From the NCBI GenBank assembly GCA_964016885.1, contig OZ024758.1:24862001-24926000 (forward strand): a DNA stretch of 64,000 nucleotides, in the 5' to 3' direction. Under the pieces are notes generated by a model. It was not told where the DNA came from. It saw nothing but the letters and a program-made list of their open reading frames with translations, and made no database searches. Source of the DNA: Eledone cirrhosa. Lineage: Eukaryota. This document shows positions 57,871 through 64,000 of the stretch, one piece after another. The translations under genes and the position numbers were made by a program. Position 1 is the stretch's first letter; every line of letters starts with the position of its first letter.

Positions 57871-58149
57871 GAGGGGATGGGAGAGCGAGCGATTATTCGA
57901 GATCCGAGAGAATATGTAGAAATTTGTTGTTTTTTTTTTTACTTAGGTGAGGTAACAATAACATAACATAGTTTCACCATCCTGCCCGTCTCCTGGGACC
58001 AGGAAGCGGTATGCCCCAGGGGTCCTGCCCTCCAGAGAACGTTCTCACATGTCGTCTGATGATTGAGCAGTCTTTCACAAGTATACCTACTCCAATTTCT
58101 ACAGTTTATAGAAAAGCAGTGTTAATAGCCTGCTCTCTCTCTCTCTCTC

Positions 58150-58468
58150 AGGCGGGTAAAATTCCCGAGACCCATGGACGAGTTCTCTCCAGCGGTCTCT
58201 GTCCCTCATTATCGCTGCCATGTCCTCCGTCTCCAACAGACCAGTGTCTGTCCTTAGGGCATCAACATACGTTAACCTCGGTCTTCCTCTTCCAGTGTGT
58301 CTATGTAGGGGCTCCCACAGGAGCACTGAGTGCAGTGTCAACTCTGAATGTCGGTGAGCATGTCCAGCTAACCTCGGGATAGGAAGGGGAAATGGATAGA
58401 CCATTTTAGGACCCTACTAGGAGAGCCGCCCTCCACAGCCCAGAACACTAGGGAGTTCAGGCGGCTGC
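58150..58468 (-). mobile_element. RTE 3'-derived element
   Basis: RLAGHAHRHSELTLHSVLLWEPLHRHTGRGRPRLTYVDALRTDTGLLETEDMAAIMRDRDRWRELV. Confidence 0.8.
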
Positions 58469-58476
58469 TATATACC

Positions 58477-58780
58477 TACATACATAGCTATATACATACA
58501 TAGCTATATACATACATAGCTATATACATACATAGCTATATACATACATAGCTATATACATACATAGCTATATACATACATAGCTATATACATACATAGC
58601 TATATACATACATAGCTATATACATACATAGCTATATACATACATAGCTATATACATACATAGCTATATACATACATAGCTATATACATACATAGCTATA
58701 TACATACATAGCTATATACATACATAGCTATATACATACATAGCTATATACATACATAGCTATATACATACATAGCTATA
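58477..58780. repeat. 16-bp repeat (TACATAGCTATATACA)n at the tail of an RTE-derived element
   Basis: Direct inspection. Confidence 0.95.
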
Positions 58781-59237
58781 TGGTGGCTGCCAACTCGTTT
58801 TCGAGTACGGCCACTACTTTATATCCTACCGATGCGCTGAACAAGTGTGACTTTTTAGTCCAGCCAGCGACTTGAAAACTCTGGCACAAATACCCCACTT
58901 GTGACCATTATTGACACATAGTGCTGGGCCCATGGTACCATGTGATGACAAGTGCAGAGATATCTCCAGATATAAAGCAATGCCTGTGCCGTGAAGCTTT
59001 TATAGTGAGCAAACGCACTGCACATAGCTATATACATATATACATACATACATAGCTATATACATACATATATACATACATACATACATAGCTACATACC
59101 TACATACATACATAGCTATATACATACATACCTAATATGTAAAATATTCCAGATGTTTAGTCTGTAGAATGTACAGATTCACGCATATAGATATGTAAAC
59201 ATGTATATATATACACACATATAGACATTCAAACATG

Positions 59238-59275
<38 letters not shown>

Positions 59276-59297
59276 AACATATATAGACATGCAGACA

Positions 59298-59333
<36 letters not shown>

Positions 59334-59495
59334 CAAACATATATAGGCATGCAGACATGTCACAAGTGTAGTGTTTGTACCAGAGTTTTCAAGTCGCTGG
59401 CTGGACTAAAAAGTCACACTTGTTCAGCACATCAGTAGGAGTTCTCCCACATGGATATAAAGTAGTGGCCGTAATCGAAAACGAATTGGCAGCCA

Positions 59496-59542
<47 letters not shown>

Positions 59543-60189
59543 GACATGCAAACATGTACATATACACACGTACAGACATGTAAATATGTATATATTTACA
59601 AACTTAAATCAAAATATAAAAATTCACACCGGCAATTACTTTCATATATATACACACATACATAGAGTCCACATACATTCACACACACACACACACGCAC
59701 ACATACACACATTCATACATGTACACACATACATACATGCATATATACATATATACATACATTACAAGTACAACCCATTAATGGAACGGTAAAAATATGT
59801 AAAGCATTCCAACAATTCTGCTTGTATCAACTGCATATACACATGTACTAATACTAAGCATGTGCACATGCACATATAACTCAAAACATACACATCCACA
59901 CACACAATAAGATCCATATCTACACATGCATGCAGATATGCAGACATATCTATCTAGTTGATGTTGTGTAAATTCCAATGAGAGTCTTGTGTCTATGTTA
60001 GAAACCGACTCTCTCGCTCTCTATTGGTAAAAAATTATATAATTACAAAACCAGAAAAACATACAAACATTCATAGATACATACATACATATGAGGGCTG
60101 GCTGTCCTCTCGTTATCGAATATGGACATTGCACGATAAAAAAAATACACACACACACACACATATATACATATATATATATATAGAAA

Positions 60190-60410
60190 AGGATCGATCG
60201 ACTTTCGTCAAATCAGACCGAGGAAACAATGTTTTCGTCGGTCTTTCCAGTTGCTAGTACTATCTATCGGTCGCAACTCCAGGTAGAAGGAGCAACGTGA
60301 AATAAAGTGTCTTGCTCAAGGACATAAGGCATCGCCCCGTCCAGGAATAGAACTCACAACAACCTCAAGACTGTGAATCCAATTCTCTAACCACTCAGCC
60401 ACAAGCCTTC
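60190..60410 (-). mobile_element. SINE family S2
   Basis: Reverse complement of 39526-39740. Confidence 0.85.
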
Positions 60411-60999
60411 TATAATTAACGGTGCTGCGATCGAATGTGGATTTTTAGCCCAACCAATAATCAGAGTTGGCAACCATGATAAAAACATTCCCTAGCAATG
60501 GCCGGCTGTGGTTGGTCATCATGTATTTTTGCATGTCGTTTGAGCCTTCCTGTTGATCTACACTCTTTTCCACATACATACACACATACACAGACAGACA
60601 GACAGACATTACATGACGATCTAGTTGATGTCAAAATTCCAACGAAGTGCTTAGTTTCTAAGTTAGAGACTGTTTCTCTGTAACTATTGGTAAAATATTT
60701 AAAACATAAAACCAGGATATACGTAGACATACATAGAGTTATTTGTATATACATGTATTTACACATGGACACATACATGGTACAAGAAAAACAAACAAAC
60801 ATACATGTCTGTGTGTGTAGAGTGGAGGGTTTTAACGGTGTTTGTTTCTGTGTATCACTATATCATAACCTCCCTCACCCCTTTATTCTAATTTCACTCC
60901 TGCTTTATATTTAATTTAAAATTTGATTCTTGAAGGATTATATCTTATTAACTTACATTCAAGCCAGCCGGTGGGTTGGCAGAATTGTTTTATTGTCTA

Positions 61000-61550
61000 G
61001 TATGGTCCCATAACTCCTGATAGAGTCGTAGGGGGCGCTGTATTGTCATACGGCGTTTCTAGGGTATTTTAAGCCTGGCGGAGCCCATATCCCTCTCGAG
61101 GCCTGAGTACAGCAGATTTCTTTCAGAGAAAGATAGAAAGTGAGAGAGAGGAAATGAGAAAGACATATAGAGGAAGAATCGACCCCAGTACTAGACTGGT
61201 ACTTTTTTTTTTATTGACCTCGAAAGGATGAAAGGCAAAGTTGACCTCGGCGGGATTTGAACTCCGAGATCAGAGAGCTGGAACAAATACCACAAAGCAT
61301 TCTGTCTGATGTTCTAACGACTGACAATTCGCCGGCTAGAGTTGTTGTAATGTCGGCTAAATACTTGGCAGTATTTGTTACGGCTCTTTATATTCTGAGT
61401 TCAAATCCCACCAAGGTCAACTTTGCCTTTCGTCCTTCTGCGATCAATAAAATAAAATTCAATCAAATACTGGAGTCGATAAAATCGATTCCCCCCCCCC
61501 CCACCCACCCACCCACTTCATAAATGTTAGGCTTTGAACCTTGATTAGAA
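61000..61550. mobile_element. Head-to-head pair of S1-related SINEs
   Basis: Minus copy 61000-61340, plus copy 61340-61550. Confidence 0.7.
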
Positions 61551-61909
61551 ATCCTTATCTTATATTTGGTCATGGAGAGTCACCCATCGCTCCCACCTCA
61601 CTATCCGACAAGCCGACAACACATCGCATGTTTGGTTTCTTGTTGAGGCATTTCATTTAACTTATTTCTTGTATCTGTAATCGTCAGCCATTGTTTTACA
61701 GCTTCGAGAAAGATCCTCTCCGTCCAACTAATGTTCTCTTTACTCACAACATTAACACGAAACCTTCATATTACATTGGACAACACAATGTACAGTTGAC
61801 CTACAATTATTCGAGACACTCTCAATACTACATATATTACACGTTATAACCCTATCTTCCCTCACCTCTGAAGTTAACTAGACTGATCAATGATAAAGTC
61901 TATTACGCT

Positions 61910-62120
61910 CTCCTTCTTCGCCCACTTATTCCTGAGAGGGTCGTGAGGGCAGAGTCCTCAAACACTCCTTCCAGCGGGTCCCGTCAGAAGTAACAGTTTC
62001 CAACTGATGCGGCCGGATCCCCAAACGAGACCAGTCAAGCTCATGGATGTTATCCGACCAATGTGCTCGGGGCCTACCTCGGGGTCTACTCCTGGATCTC
62101 CTGACTGTTGGTTTCTGCCC
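61910..62120 (-). mobile_element. RTE/Expander-like LINE 3' end
   Basis: RPRGRPRAHWSDNIHELDWSRLGIRPHQLETVTSDGTRWKECLRTLPSRPSQE*. Confidence 0.8.
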
Positions 62121-62304
62121 TTCCTTCTCAAAAATGAAAGAGAGAAAGACAGAAAGAAAGCTCAATAATTACGACTAGAAGAACTCCATTCTTGTAAGGT
62201 CTGTTGAGAGATAACCTGGGATTAGACAACCACATTTAGCCTGGTCACGTAGAGATCAACTATTTAAGTACATTGTATGAAAGCATGGGGGTCAATATAT
62301 ATAC

Positions 62305-63410
<1,106 letters not shown>

Positions 63411-63781
63411 AAGTACACGAAGTCTTTATTTAGTAAAATATATCAACAATAAGAAAAACAATTTACAATATTACAGCAAAGCTATCAGTTTTAGTTTATT
63501 TTGCTGCGAGTATTTGTGTTTAGGTGTGACTGAGTTGTGAGAAAAGTCTGTAAAAACTGACAGGATTTTTAAAATGTGAACAAATATAAAAAGAAACAAT
63601 AAGACACACATATGTGATACGTTTTGCAGAATACAGCCGATTTCTGAACTTGCTCTAACTATTTCGATAATATCTAACTAATAGTTTATTGTTGTAAAGT
63701 CTTGTAGTTTGATGTATTGTCGAATAAGAAATACAAATTTAAATAAGTTTAGATATTTGGAAGCCCGACAATGCGTGCAAG

Positions 63782-63980
63782 ATTAAAAAATGCCAAGGTA
63801 AAAGAAGTTTTAGAGAATGAAAGGACTGAGAAAAAGTGAAAACGGTAGAATATTACCGTAGCAATTTTATTGAGCTCAAATGTTTTCGGGTTTTAAATTA
63901 CTAAGGTAAAATTCTACCGTTCTCTCTTTTTTCTCAGTTCTTTTATTCTTTATACATCCTATTACCTTGACACTTTTAAT
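63782..63980. repeat. Diverged fold-back (MITE-like) inverted repeat
   Basis: AACGGTAGAAT/ATTCTACCGTT, CTGAGAAAAA/TTTTTCTCAG and CAAGGTAA/TTACCTTG are colinear in inverted arms. Confidence 0.7.
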
Positions 63981-64000
63981 AGTTTATTGTTGATACAGCA

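Noticed and set aside
59358-60570. C2H2-like peptides (59360-59435 and 60520-60580) as zinc-finger gene exons
   Set aside because: Single fingers without TGEKP linkers; the first is the repeated RTE 3' end

Overview
AT-rich, microsatellite-saturated eukaryotic DNA. The repeat content (tRNA-headed SINEs with the core GAGTTCAAATCCCGCCGAGGTTAACTTTGCCTTTCATCC, RTE-clade debris, multi-kb (TA/CA)n tracts) looks most like an octopod cephalopod genome, intergenic or intronic; this is recognition by eye, not a database result. I can support no host protein-coding exon, and the long ORFs in the track are microsatellite artefacts. Recognisable content: about 25 copies of one SINE family plus a second SINE family, RTE, CRE and L1/Tx1 non-LTR relics, Penelope-like element (PLE) relics, hAT, mariner and Helitron-like non-autonomous elements, and many minisatellites, several derived from transposon parts. 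The main unexplained structure is a dense set of hammerhead-ribozyme (HHR) motifs: about 15 loci from at least five unrelated sequence families, nearly all embedded in (TA)n and often in fold-back (inverted) arrangement. They include a clean U3-A8 core variant (29315-29352), a family with compensatory changes in helix II, and a family that survives only as palindromes centred on helix II. All folds were done by hand and no activity is demonstrated.
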